A stretch of 33,000 nt of DNA from Mobula hypostoma. Taxonomy: Eukaryota. The stretch spans positions 21,483,001 to 21,516,000 of the forward strand of contig NC_086106.1 of the NCBI RefSeq assembly GCF_963921235.1, given 5' to 3'. The position numbers and the translations under genes were made by a program. Position 1 is the stretch's first letter; each line of letters begins with the position of its first letter. The notes under the pieces are model-generated. The model worked only from the letters and a program-made list of their open reading frames with translations. It was not told the origin of the DNA and did no database searches. Below are positions 1 to 12,680 of this stretch, one piece after another.

Positions 1-608
1 GTACAAGGCCTTGGTGAGACCACACCTGGAGTATTGTGTGCAGTTTTGGTCCCCTAATCTGAGGAAAGACATCTTTGCCATAGAGGGAGTACAAAGAAGG
101 TTCACCAGATTGATTCCTGGGATGGCAGGTCTCTCATATGAAGAAAGACTGGATGAACTGGGCTTGTACTCGTTGGAATTTAGAAGATTGAGGGGTGATC
201 TGATTGAAACGTATAAGATCCTAAAGGGATTGGACAGGATAGATGCGGGAAGATTGTTCCCGATGTTGGGGAGGTCTAGAACGAGGGGTCACAGTTTGAG
301 GATAGAGGGGAAGCCTTTTAGGACCGAGGTTAGGAAAAACTTCTTCACACAGAGAGTGGTGAATCTGTGGAATTCTCTGCCACAGCAAACTGTTGAGGCC
401 AGTTCATTAGCTATGTTTAAAAGGAAGTTAGATATGGCCCTTGTGGCTACAGGGGTCAGGGGGTATGGAGGGAAGGCTGGGTTCTGAGTTGGATGATCAG
501 CCATGATCATAATAAATGGCGGTGCAGGCTCGAAGGGCCGAATGGCCTACTCCTGCACCTATTTTCTATGTTTCTATGTTTCTATGTTTCTATGTTTCTA
601 TGTTTCTA
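1..608 (+). mobile_element. CR1 LINE 3' end (RT C-terminus, 3' UTR, (TTTCTATG)n tail)
   Basis: ORF 11-487 reads VRPHLEYCVQFWSP..LEGVQRRFTRLIPG..RGDLIETYKIL..RGHSLRI, typical of the CR1 ORF2 C-terminus. An octamer-repeat tail at about 563-608 is followed by (TA)n. Confidence 0.95.
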
Positions 609-1429
609 TATATATATCGTATCAGGCCATGGGTGCTTTTGCTTTTGGGTGAGTCACCATTCTGATCACAATATGCCAGAGAGACGTTTACGCCCCAGAT
701 TATGTCCTCTCTCTAAATATATTATGCACTTTTCTATCATTATATAACAAATTACAGAATTTAAAATGTAATTTTGCTCTTCCTCCTGCGAAAATATGCT
801 GCTCTATTCTATATATAATGTATGCAATTGCTCACGTCACTGTAGCTTTCGCAGGAAATACAATTGAACCATTTGGGTTCGAAATACAAAATATTCTAAA
901 TATGTTCCCATACTTTCAGCCTTATTGTAACTGTTTAACCTGTTCCGTACCTTACAGTATTTAATATCAATGCACTTTTGGTTGTTATTCACGTGTGATT
1001 CATCTATAGATTGTACCTTTACCTTTGTAGATGAACGGTTGTTACATGTGTTTGTGTTTTCACACTTGTTCGAAGAAAATTGTGTCGTTTCTCCTGCAGG
1101 AGTGTCGACTAAAATCGTACCATGTGTAATTACTTCAAACATACACTTTATTTGCCGCACAAATAAACGGAAGGGTCGTGAATATTTCAGTGAAAATACA
1201 ACCCAAAAGATAATATTGTACAACGTACACTTGATATGCACAGCAAACGTAACCCTAAAGAGTCTGGGTGAATTCTGCCAAATGAAATTAAAGAATGCCT
1301 ATACTCGTTCATCTCCGTCACACACAGAATACACCCTAGAAGACAATTTCAAACGAGTAGACGCCCGCAACACTCGGGGGAACCTGCTCTGCCTTTTTTC
1401 ACGGGCAGGTGCGGGGGAGGAACAATAGT

Positions 1430-1600
1430 CAATGTCAGATGGCCAGGAGCTGGGCGGCAGACATCTCCGCGTGGGCTGTGCCAATTGCACTGGAGAGTCC
1501 AGATCCAAATTGGCAGGCTGGAGATGGTCAACAGAAACTCTGTCTGGAATAACCATAAAGTCCGACTTATAAAAACCGATCCGAAATTCCAACACGCAGA
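1430..1600 (-). mobile_element. Gypsy-like LTR retrotransposon integrase C-terminal fragment
   Basis: The minus ORF contains DRVSVDHLQPANLDLDSPVQLAQPTRRCLPP, resembling the RVS(I/V)DRLKPAHLD...PV.LAQPPRRGRPP end of fish Gypsy integrases. Confidence 0.7.
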
Positions 1601-2251
1601 ACGGGTCAATGCCAGTCATGGCACATTGACACGGATCCTTAACTCGCTCCGATTCTCTTGTCAACTACACTAATATGAGGAATAATTTCTTGTCTCTCAC
1701 CAGGCTACCTACCGAACAATCTAAGCAAATGACATTCGTGTGGATAGACAATAGTGGACAAGTAATGGGTGTATGTATTAGACGGGCTTCAACCTGTTCA
1801 GAGAGACAGGGAGGAAGGGGTTCTGACACAGACGGAAATAATTAGTCAACAGGAGGATGATTGTTAAAAAAACTGAAAGAGAGGATGTTTAAATACTTTG
1901 TAGAGATATTTTGAGAAAAGTTAAATTTGTTATTCTAATACCTTAGGGCATTGCTGAACCGATGACAAATATGTAACACTTTATAAAAGAGCTGATGCAG
2001 ATAGGGTATTTTAGCAAAACGAGAGATGTTCTCTTTGTTAGGGAACTTAGGCTAACGCTGGGATTGCCAATAAGCGAACCGCTGGTATTGCTGTACTAAA
2101 TAAAGGGGCAGACACCCGAAAACCCCAACAAGATACAGCGAACGTTCAAGCAGCTGCAACTGCTGCAGGAATTTCTGTTCACAGAATTCCACTTGCAAAT
2201 GAGAACATTGAAGGGGTTAATAGAAGAAAGATGGGCATAACATTTAAATTA

Positions 2252-2630
2252 ACATAGAAATATAGAAACATAGAAAACCTACATCACAAACCAGGCCCTT
2301 CGGCCCACAAAGTTGTGCAGAACATGTCCCTACGTTAGATATTACTAGGGTTACCCATGACCCTCTATTTTACTAAGCTCCATGTAGCTATCCAAAACTC
2401 TCTTTAAATACCCTATCGTATCCGCCCTCACCATCGTTGCCGGCAACCCATTCTACACACTCACCGCCTTCTGCGTATGAAACAAAAATACAACTTACCC
2501 CTGACATCACCTCTATACTTACTCCCAAGCACCATAAACCTGTGTTCTCTAGTGCCAGCCATTTCGGTCCTGGGAAAAAGCCTCTGGCTATCCACATGAT
2601 CGATACCTCTATCATCTTATAGACATCTGA
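2252..2630 (-). mobile_element. CR1 3' fragment inserted into the R4 relic
   Basis: Starts with the (CATAGAAA)n reverse tail, followed by the CR1 3' UTR and RT end in antisense. It is absent from the paralogous R4 copy at about 21.07 kb. Confidence 0.8.
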
Positions 2631-3823
2631 TGTTTAGAAGTAAACACATGTAGAAGGCAAGACTGTATATTATCGAGTGAGTAAAGGAACTACAGAGAGA
2701 CATAAGATCATACAATAGCAATCTCACCAATAGCTTAGCAGCAAAATTTTCCTTCGTGTAAGAATATGCACAACGAATGGTAGATCAAAGTGGAGTTATT
2801 AGAAAAAGGTATAAAAACATGAATTAGCACAAGAACTGGAATGAAAACAACATGAAATCTGCAACAATGCTATACAAGAAAGTAATGAAGATGACACCAC
2901 CTGAGGAGATAAATTACTTCAGCATTTGCTCCACAACCTGGCGGTAATTGCAGAAGCACAGACGCAGAGCTTTCACGGAAAGCCAGTGACGAAACTGAGC
3001 TTACAGACAAAATTATGCTAAGATTTAAAACCACACTAACAGAATACAAGGACACTGAGCCAATAGAAAGGCGCTAAATGCCAAAACAAAACAGGCGATC
3101 AATAGTTGCGAAATCAGCAATGGGCAAAGTTATATTCTCAATAAGAGTATATGACGGCAATATTAAGTAAACTGAAAAAAAAAATGAAATAGCTAACCAA
3201 ATTACACCCTGCACGGTATGAATATAACAACGATAAATGAAAAAAAAAAAAACAGTGTAATCAAAACACCCAAGGCGTTTTTAGGGAGAATCCGGAAGTT
3301 TTTTTTTTGATAGAAGTTAAAGCATGGACGAGTGAAGTTATACGCTTCGTCATCAGTATAGCTAAAGCGTAAATTCAAATATTGGGGATTTTTTTGAGAT
3401 ATAAACATGAACTTCGAACTAGAGTGCACAATATTAAAAATAACGATTCAATAGAGCGAGCAAAATATAATACAGAACAGCTGAATACAATAGAACTGCT
3501 GGATGAATATGAAACTGATAAGTATCTCATCTGGGATATCAGCAAACAATGAAAACACATCATGGCGCAATAAGGGGAACACTTTCCACAGAATATACAT
3601 CAGGTCTTAAGAATGTCTGCCAAATAGAGCTCAGTATTAAACATACAATAAATATATTTTTCACTATTGCCACAGCTCCATTAATGTATTATTTTGGCAT
3701 AATATGTTTTGATATGATACCGATTTGGAAATTTCAAAAAAAAAAGAAAAACTCAAAAGAAAACTTTCCAGGAGACTATGTGCATTTGACACATTTAGAC
3801 CAATACTGCCTCCGCCAAAGTAC

Positions 3824-3824
<1 letters not shown>

Positions 3825-3868
<44 letters not shown>

Positions 3869-3872
3869 TAAT
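3825..3872. repeat. (AAT)n microsatellite
   Basis: Direct read of the sequence. Confidence 0.95.
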
Positions 3873-4439
3873 AAAATATATACAGCACTCTGTTAAAAGT
3901 TGTATGAATATATTCTCAGTAACGAAAACGATGTTTCACACTCTATGCGAGCGTGTTTAATTCTGATAAGGTTAACACAATTAAGATTATTTGAACTCAA
4001 CTATCACGCAAGAGGAAATAATGCTGACAGAAGAGAAATATAACCAATCGGATTAGGAATGGCAATACGCGCAGATTGGCTAGCGAGAGGAAAGCCTGGG
4101 CGCATAGTTCAACGTTTGGAGTCTCAACTCAGATACAGAGTGGTGCGTTATGGCACTACATGAGCAGATGATTAACTCAAAATATATAAAAATACATAAT
4201 AAAAGACAAAATGATAAATGCAGAGAATACCAAGAGAAACAAGAATGTATCCACCATATTACAGGATCCTGAAGCAATTTAAGTTAATCTGATTTTTACA
4301 GAGTGGTAGTCAAGTGTGATTTATCTCAATCCTGCTCGAGAATGCAATCTCCTGAAGGAGAACAAACATTTCTCTAGATAAAAGCCTGATCCTGTTTTAG
4401 AGTTAGAGTTCTGTCGATTACATTCTGACCGAGCTACTA

Positions 4440-4710
4440 TTACTTTAATAATCAGCATTATCTGCCTCAGGTGATTATGCAATACGGGTGACCCCAGCCA
4501 TATAGAATATACTTCAGGTATTGTCTGCCTGATGTCTGTGGTCGTATAACCAAGAGCTGTCATATGTAACAGTTGCTCATACGACCATTGACCACTGCAG
4601 CCTCTATAGTTTCACATTCCCCTGCGTGGACGACTAAGAATGAGATACAGCTTGCCAAAGTGCATGTTAGCAGGGGAAAAGAGCGCTTTAGACTTCATTT
4701 GGTAGAGATG
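4440..4710 (+). mobile_element. RTE-like element fragment nested in the R4 relic
   Basis: Interrupts R4 RLE coding continuity (between ..KPDPVLELE.. and ..ITDT..). gttgctcatacgacca...gagcgc..ttggtagagatg resembles a chondrichthyan RTE 5' region (recalled, not searched). Confidence 0.4.
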
Positions 4711-4961
4711 TTTATTCACATAACAGATACGGTAATCCATAATAACCTTGCAGATATTGTATTACAGGATAAGTAGGCAATAACAATTTACTTCAAAGAT
4801 TTAGCTTCTGAAACTCATATAACATACAGAAATCAACAAATGAAAAGCGCCGAAGTCATTAAGCAAAATAATTAAACTCTTATGACAACCCAGCAATGTT
4901 GATGTAAATCTGCAGATACGCACAAAACAACAGACCACGAGAATATTACCAAATTTCTTAG

Positions 4962-5899
4962 TGCAACGAACCCCGTGACGGGAATAAAGAAACAGCAGAG
5001 ATGCAAAACACTTTGCAGACCAGTATTGCTATAAACTAATAACATTTATTAGTAACTACGCAATGAAGTAATGCAAATGTAGACAAATCAAACAGGTTAG
5101 CAATAATTATACATATATGTAAGTAAATCAGTAAGTGTGGAAATATATATATGAGAAACCAAGCTTCTTTAAGTCCAGGGGTAAAAAAAAATGCAGTATT
5201 ACGATGATGAGTAAAGTTCAGTTCAGCTCAGTTCAGTTCGTTGTATTGAGTTGAGTAGTGATGGAGAGAGAGAGAGAGGGAGAGATGTGAGTCTTCAGAT
5301 GAGCTGAAGCCGTCGATCTTCTCGTTTTCCTTCGAAATACTTCAGAAGTCACCGACTATGACTTTAACAAAGGGGACAGGTTTTCTGTGGTGGAGCTATT
5401 CCCCCAGGCGAGGGTGGACACATGGACAACTCCCCACGAGTCAACCCCTTTTCCTTCCCACTTTAAGAGCGATGGATCGATTTGCCAGATCGATTCTCTA
5501 ATTTTCCTGCGGGCAGAGCAAAGATCATTCAGTGTTTAAAACAAGTGTCTGAGGTCTGCATCATCTGACCTCCTATTTTATCTTCCCGTACTGAGCATCA
5601 ACTGTCATTGAAATAACTCTTCCTTCCTTTGTCTGTGCAAGAAATGCAAGCAGGCAAAATTCCTTGAAGATAGTATCAACAACCTGCCGAAAATCATAAC
5701 ATCGAGTGTGCATTAAATAACGGCCTCAGTCACCATAGAAACGTACAAGTTGCTGAGTGCTATCTCCACTTCAGCAGAAATCCAACAGTTAACTAATTCT
5801 TTCTCATTCCTTAAAATGACAGTCCCACAGTTAGTATTCCTCTCTCTCTCTCTCTTTTCAAAAGCACGGATAATAGGGGTGATTCAGGGTCCTGTCACA
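4962..5899 (-). mobile_element. Solo LTR-like element
   Basis: About 940 bp with TG(caacgaacccc)...(tgtca)CA termini, a minus-strand AATAAA near 5045 and internal (GA)n/(CT)n tracts. It is absent from the duplicate. No clean target-site duplication was seen. Confidence 0.55.
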
Positions 5900-7229
5900 A
5901 TGATAAATTTAAAACAGAAATAAAACGTGTTTCCATCGCTACACACGTAAGTAACGTCCCACCGCAGGTTTGGCATGTCAACTATCAACAGCAAATACAC
6001 AGCTGCACTTCACGCACCACAAATGCTATTCAATCAGGGAAGACAAGATCAACAGAAAGAAAAATACAAATCGAGTGTGTTAGCAAACGATGCGAAATAG
6101 TCTTTTCCTCTGGAAGGTAGCAACTTTTCTCCATGGAAAACGATTCGTTGTTTAACAGGCTTCTATTAAACCGCATTGCTTTAGTGCATGAGATTAGCAC
6201 GGACTGAAATTAAATATAAAATCAAAGTGATAGATAGCGCAAAGCTTGACGTCACTTCTGAGTTTTGAGTGCAGTTACTCTGCATCGCTGTCAGCATTAT
6301 GCTTCATTTTCTGGTAAAGCCAAAGAGACCGTGACCTGAAATGTAATAGCGCTTCTGGGGATGATGAAAAAAAAAACAGAAACAACTGCATGCGAGTCAT
6401 TACTTCACGGGTAAGATCTAATTGTGTCCTAAATGGTGGGAAAAAAAATAACAAGAGTTAAACGTGTTTGTGTTACATCTCGTGTTTTGTTTATGGAAAG
6501 TGATGTAGGTGGGGAATATCATCGTTTGTACTGCTCCTTTGTGCCCTCCGAATAATCCTTGCTTTGATTGGTGACCAAACATCAATTGATGATGCAGGTG
6601 AATACGCTACCATGTTAACGAAGAATGTGCATGATACGCATGTACAGGAAGTCCCGAGATTGAACAGGAAGCGAACGTTGCTCAGTCCACATTAAGTCAT
6701 GTGCTAAATTTATTGGAATCACAAAAAGTACTTTTTATGGTGGTGAATAAAACCCAGGGCGAGGTGGTGAGACCCTGAGGTTATAGCCGCAAGTCAGGTA
6801 GGGCAAATACAGTTGCATCTCCCGGACTCACTGAACAATGGACCTATCCAGCATTCAGTACTTTCAGGTCGAAGTTCTTCACAGCCATTCAAATCGTCGA
6901 TTGCATTCCAATGTTTCTTTCATGCATACACAGTGCGAATACTGGTGGTACAACAAGTTGTTGAATCATCAGCAAACAACTGCGAAGCCTATATCCATTC
7001 TCACCAGATTTCATGTACGAAGCAAACTGGTAGTACAACATCGTTGCAGCTCGTAGCGTAGGAGTTCAAAGGGAAATTCCGTCGTCCTCTATAAGCAAGA
7101 GAGTACGTCACTTTCATGTGCACGAAAGTTTCCACCGGCTGCTCCCTTTTGTACTGCAGTCCAAACACGTAACAGTCAGTACTCCTTAGTGTAAACTGCC
7201 TCGTGATTAGGCTAGAGCTGAATCTGTTG

Positions 7230-7870
7230 ATCAGGGGTACAGAAGGTCATAGAAGCACTCGTGCAAGTCTCCTAGAAGGTTAATTTGCAGATGGAGAATG
7301 TCGTAAAGAAGGTAAATGCAATGGTTCAATTTACTTCAAAGGGAATGGAATACAAAAACAGAGTATTGTCACCAGTTTTAGGCCCCATATCTCAGTTAAA
7401 ATGTATCGTAATTGGAGAGACCCCAGAGGAGGTTCACCAATGAACATATGGGGAGCGTTTGGTAGCTTTGGACCTATACTCACCTGCAATTTAGAAGAAT
7501 GCAGGGGAAGCTCATTGAAACCTCATAAATGTTGAAACGACTAGACAGGGTGGCTATGAGGGCGATGTTTCCTCTGGTGGCATTAGTCGGATCAAAAGAG
7601 CACAGCCTCAAAATTGAGGGGCAACCATTGACTACAAAGGTAAGGAGCGACCATTGATGGGCTGCAATTTACAGCAAACCTCATGCCACCGACTGCAGTG
7701 GAAGCCAAGTCGGTGCGTACATTTATGGCGGAATCTCACCGTTTCAGTTTGGTCAGGGAGTCAAAGGATATCGCGAGAAAGCAGATGTATAGAATTGAGT
7801 GTGATGCGGAATCAGACTTGCTGGGTTGGCGGAGCAGACTGGATGGGCATGACAGCCTATGGTTGTGAAA
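7230..7870 (+). mobile_element. Old CR1 3' fragment (paralogous insertion, copy 1)
   Basis: Degenerate KANAM..FI..G.EYK...LE..QRRFT sequence plus 3' UTR, at the same position as the 26290-26985 copy. Confidence 0.7.
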
Positions 7871-8699
7871 GTTTCTTTCTGTCAATGTTGGAATTCGAAA
7901 ACAGTGATGCGGCAGGATTAACACTGGTACTGCAGATATCAGACACCAGCACGGATTTAACTGTGTAGAGACGTTCCTCACGAAGTCAAGTAATGTGACA
8001 TAAATTTAAGATTATTTGAATACTTGAAGTAAAGATACAGGAAAAAAAAATCCAAACACGTATTGAGGAAAAGTCAGATAATTAATACAGCATTGTACTT
8101 CTCGGTGTTATCTCAGTCAGTCCGCAACCGGTCGTCCTGGTTTATTATCAGTGAGATAAAAGTGCAGTACACATTCCATAGGCTACTTCAAAGCAACCTG
8201 CCTCACATGCGGTGTACAACCAACAGTAGCCCTTTAAGGACTGTATACATGAGTGACATCTGTTTTCTGTATACTTCCGATTCATTTCGCACCTTAGGTG
8301 GGATAGAAATGCAGATAGGATCTCAATCCATACAAAGTAAAACATAATGTCCACGTATCACCGCACAAATCATGATTTTTCGAAGCAATTCAATCGGTCT
8401 TCATACCTGTCTCTATTTTCCGGAGAAGTGTATATATGTACTGCTCAAAATCTCCACATCGGCAGAATTGCTTCTAATTAGATTTTGTGTTTCGAAATCA
8501 ACAATATTTGGTTAAGGAGCTTATCGGTAAATTAATGCCAATGAATTAGTGATCATAATATGATAGAAGTATAGCAGGCAATGGAAGATAAGTAGAAACA
8601 TTTTCCTAACATGGATTATATTCAATATGGTCGCGACGGTTTGAAAAAAGAAAACAATCCTGGATTGGTTTTGTGAAATGAGCTACATTTGCTGGAGAA

Positions 8700-9010
8700 C
8701 ATTGATATAAATAATCCATTAGTAGGCAGTGATAAAGGTATCATAACATTCACCCAGTGGTTTGAAAACGACAATCTTATATTAATGCATCTCTATTAGT
8801 AAATCTAGCTTAATCAGTAAATCAAGTTTGATGATAAGGAGATGACGATAGAGCCGCAAGGAGCTGTACACGTGCATACCAACAAGATCGGAGCCCCCAG
8901 TTTAAAGAAAGGGTACTTTCATTCAAAAACGATTGTTGGCTGGCTAAAGGCGATGGCGAGAATTGTTCTAGTTGTCTGTGTGACTAGTGGCGTTCAGCAA
9001 GGGTCACTGT
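8700..9010 (+). mobile_element. Old CR1 RT fragment
   Basis: gtgactagtggcgttcagcaagggtca translates as VTSGVQQGS (cf. VTSGVPQGS). Confidence 0.5.
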
Positions 9011-9134
9011 AAGGTTCACTACCTTTCCGTTAATCACAACAGTGTAGACTACTTTTCTTGCCGAGGTTGCTTATGATATATATATAGGTGAGGTGTTAGG
9101 ATCTGCTGAGGAAGGAGGGAGCAGGGAACATTCA

Positions 9135-11492
9135 CAGAAACATATAAAATATGTGCACGAGTAGGCCATTCGGCTAGTCAAGCCTGCACCGCCATTCAGT
9201 ATGATCATGGCTGATCATCCAACTCAGAACCCTGCAACAGCCTTCCCTCCATACCCCCTGATCCCTTTAGCCACAAGGGCCATATCTAACTCCTTCTTAA
9301 ATATAGCCAATGAACTGACCTCAACTGTTTCCTGTGGGAGAAAATTCGGCAGATTCACCACACTCTGTGTGAAGAAGTTTTTCCTAATCTCGGGCCTAAA
9401 AGGCTTCCCCTTTTCAAACTGTGACCCCTCGCTCTGGACTTCCCCAACATCGAGAACAATCTTCCTGCATCTAGCCTGTCCAATCCCTTTAGGATTTTAT
9501 ATGTTTCAATCAGATCCCCCCTTAATCTTCTAAATTCCAACAAGTATAAGCCTAGTTCATCCAGTCTTTCATCATATGAAAGTCTTGTCATCCCAAAAAT
9601 CAATCTGCTGGACCTTCTTTGTACTCCCTCTATGGCAAGGATGTCTTTCCTCAGATTAGGGGACCAAAAATGCACACAATACTCCAGGTGTGGTCTCACC
9701 AAGGCCTTGTACAACTGCAGTAGTACCTCCCTGCTCCTGTACTCGAATCCTCGTGCTATAAATGCCAGCATACCATTCGCCTTTTTCACCGCCTGCTGTA
9801 CCTGCATGCCCACTTTCAATGACTTGTGTATAATGACACCCAGGTCTCGTTGCACCTCCCCTTTTCCTAATCGGCCACCATTCAGCTAATAATCTGTTTT
9901 TCTGTTTTTGCCACCAAAGTGGATAACTTCACATTTATCCACAGTAAATTGCATCTGCCATGAATTTGCCCACTCACCTAACCTACGAAGTCACCCTGCA
10001 TCCTCTTAGCATCCTCCTCACAGTTAACACTGCCGCCCAGCTTCCTGTCATCCGCAAACTTGGAGATGCTGCATTTAATTCCCACATCTAAGTCATTAAT
10101 ATATATTGTAAACAACTGGGGTCCCAGCACTGAGCCTTGCGGTACACCACTAGTCACTGCCTGCCATTCTGAAGAGGTCCCGTTTATTCCCAATTTTGCT
10201 TCTTGTCTACCAACCAACTCTCTATCCACATCAATGCCTTACCCCCAATACCGTGTGCTTTAAGTTTGCACACTAATCTCCTTTGTGGGTCCTTGTCAAA
10301 TGCCTTTTGAAAATCCAAATATACCACATCCACTGGTTCTCCCCTATCCACTCTACTAGTTACATCCTCAAAAAATTCTATGAGATTCGTCAGACATGAT
10401 TTTCCTTTCACAAATCCATGTTGAATTTGTCCGATGATAATACCGCTTCCAAATGTGCTGTTATCACATCTTTGATAACTGACTCTAGCAGTTTCCTCAC
10501 CACCGATGTTAGGCTAACCAGTCTATAATTCCCTGGTTTCTCTCTCCCTCTTTTTTTTTTTAAGTGGGGTTACATTAGCCACCCTCCAATCCTCAGGAAC
10601 TAGTCCAGAATCTAAAGAGTTTTGAAAAATTACACTAATGCATCCAGTATTTATTGGGTTACTTCCTTAAGCACTCTGGGATGCAGACCATCTGCCCCTG
10701 AGGATTTATCCGCCTTTAATCCCTTCGATTTACCTAACACCATTTCCCTACTAACATGTATTTTCCTCAGTTCCTCCATCTCACTGCGCCCTCTGTCCAC
10801 TACTATTTCCGGAAGATTATTTATCTCCTCCTTAGTGATGACAGAACCAAAGTAATTATTCAATTAGTCTGCCATGTCCTTGCTCCCCATAATCAATTCA
10901 CTTGTTGCTGTCTGTAGGGGGCCTACATTTGTCTTAACCAATCTTTTACTTTTCACATATCTATAAAAGCTTTTACAGTCAGTTTTTATGTTCCCTGCCA
11001 GTTTTCTCTCATAATCTTTTTCCCCCCTTCCTAATTAAGCCCTTTGTCCTCCTCAGCTGAACTCTGAATTTCTCCCAGTCCTCAGGTGAGCCACTTAATT
11101 TTTATGCTTCTTCTTTGGAATTGATACTATCCCTAATTTCCCTTGTCAGCCACTGGTGCACTACGTTACTTGATTTATTCTTTTGCCAGACTGGGATGAA
11201 CAATTGTTGTAGTTCATCCATGCGATCTTTAAATGCTTGCCATTGCATATCCACCGTCAACCCTTTAAGTGTCATTTGCCAGTCTATCTTAGCTAATTCA
11301 CGTCTCATACCTTCAAAGTTACCCTTCATTAAATTCAGAACCTTTGTTTCTCAATTAACTATGTCACTCTCCATCTTAATGAAGAATTCCACCATATTAT
11401 TGTCACTCTTACCCAAGGGGCGTCTCACGACAAGGTTACCAATTAACCCTTCCTCATTGCTCAATACCCTGTCCAGAATAGCCTGCTTTCTC
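9135..11492 (-). mobile_element. CR1 LINE, 5'-truncated, ORF2 (EN end + RT) fragmented
   Basis: Minus-strand ORFs give KGNFEGMRRELAKIDW, KSCLTNLIEFFEDVT..YLDFQKAFDK, VTSGVPQGSVLGPQLFTIYINDLD, FADD and RPHLEYCV. Confidence 0.95.
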
Positions 11493-11886
11493 GTCACAGG
11501 AGGTTGGACAAGTTACGACAATGGGCAAATAGGTGGCAGATGTAACAGGCACTAGGAAGCTGTATCGTCATGTAATTGGATCTCCGGCACAAAGTCGTTG
11601 AAGATATTCTCAATTAGAAGAGAATTCGGATATCTGTGGTGTCCGCAAACTTGATAGTCCTCGTGCATGATTTCGTTGCGGCTAACGTGAGGAGTGAGTC
11701 CGTACCAAATAAGGCAATATCGATTGCCATGAGTAAAATATAAAGGCAGGGATGTCGTGCTGTTTATTTATAAGGGGTAAACCACAGTCTATTTGGTGTT
11801 TTGAAAAGTTTTCGACTGGCCAATTCCTATACATACCCTTAAAACACGCTTTAACGTCACATAGTTTTCATCAGGTCGATGGACAG

Positions 11887-11887
<1 letters not shown>

Positions 11888-11920
<33 letters not shown>
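11888..11920. repeat. (CA)n microsatellite
   Basis: Direct read of the sequence. Confidence 0.95.
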
Positions 11921-11923
<3 letters not shown>

Positions 11924-12399
11924 CAAAGAATAATAGAATTTACTCGATACATATCGTGAGCAGAGAGGATTAGCAAGTGTGTTATGTTTAGAAATCCTGA
12001 ACTTTACGGCTGTTGATGTTTGAACTTAATGCTTATTTGCGCTGAGTTCTATGGTTTCGACAGGTTGGAAGATAAGGGTGCGTGAATTTTGGGAAAGCTC
12101 TTAACCCCCGATGTGATGGTGTGTAGTATTTTGCTGCTTAAATCAATCACTGCCGAACGCATTCTGTAAAAGGTCGCGTCCTCGGCAGCACAGAAATTCA
12201 ACCTCATGGCGTTCATCGCGAAAGTCACCAAGAATGTGAACCACAGGACATTGGAAGAGTGAATTTCGATTTCTCCTGCCTTCGGATGTCATGGGACGGT
12301 ATTAGTTTAAAGTTATTCTGTCCGGATTTCAGTATTTACAGATTTTTCGGGGGTAATTATTTCGAGACCCATATTCTTTGTGACTGTAAAAATCACTTT

Positions 12400-12680
12400 G
12401 TGATTTTCTGTAATGAATTTGATATTAAAGTAGATAAATTGCATAAAGGTGGTGGTATTTTGTACCGAGTAGAAACTTGTCAAATGTTGCAAAGAGTTAT
12501 AGGGAGGATGTAGAGCTGGGTTGAAAATGATAAATTACTTTTAAAACGGAAGATAAAACCGAGTGTAATAACGAACATTAGAAAATCGAAGTTAAAGTCT
12601 GAGTATGAGGTTATTAGGAGGATTGTCAGTTTCTTAGCAGTTGACAACCAAAAGTTAAAAAAAAGCATGAAAATTTATAC
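12400..12680 (+). mobile_element. Old CR1 RT fragment
   Basis: Degenerate ..GG.V..VE.CQ.LQR.I.RM.SW.E.. segment that follows FADDTK in CR1 RT. Confidence 0.55.

Larger units (their letters stand above)
1930..4940 (+). mobile_element. Degenerate R4/Dong-clade (RLE) non-LTR retrotransposon, copy 1, interrupted and internally deleted
   Basis: Frameshifted translation recovers several R4/Dong-like segments: the N-terminus (VYYRV..; QRMVDQ..VIRK; TDKIMLRFKTTLTEYKDTEPIERR), the RT approach (FRENP; FRPILP, cf. YRPITCLP), a zinc-knuckle region at about 4200-4280 (NDKCRE.QEKQECIHHITGS) and an RLE region at about 4715-4850 (ITDTVIHNNLADIVLQDK, cf. TDRTIHNNRPDII). Confidence 0.75.

Noticed and set aside
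837-1428. Overlapping 134-aa and 152-aa ORFs, cytokine-like at first glance
   Set aside because: No recognisable domain. The region appears paralogous to the non-coding flank at about 17.2-17.4 kb, where no equivalent ORF exists.
6929-6958. CACAGTG + 14 nt + ACAACAAGT, a possible RSS
   Set aside because: The spacer is neither 12 nor 23 nt, the heptamer is not conserved in the duplicate (GAAAGTG), and there is no adjacent V or J coding motif.
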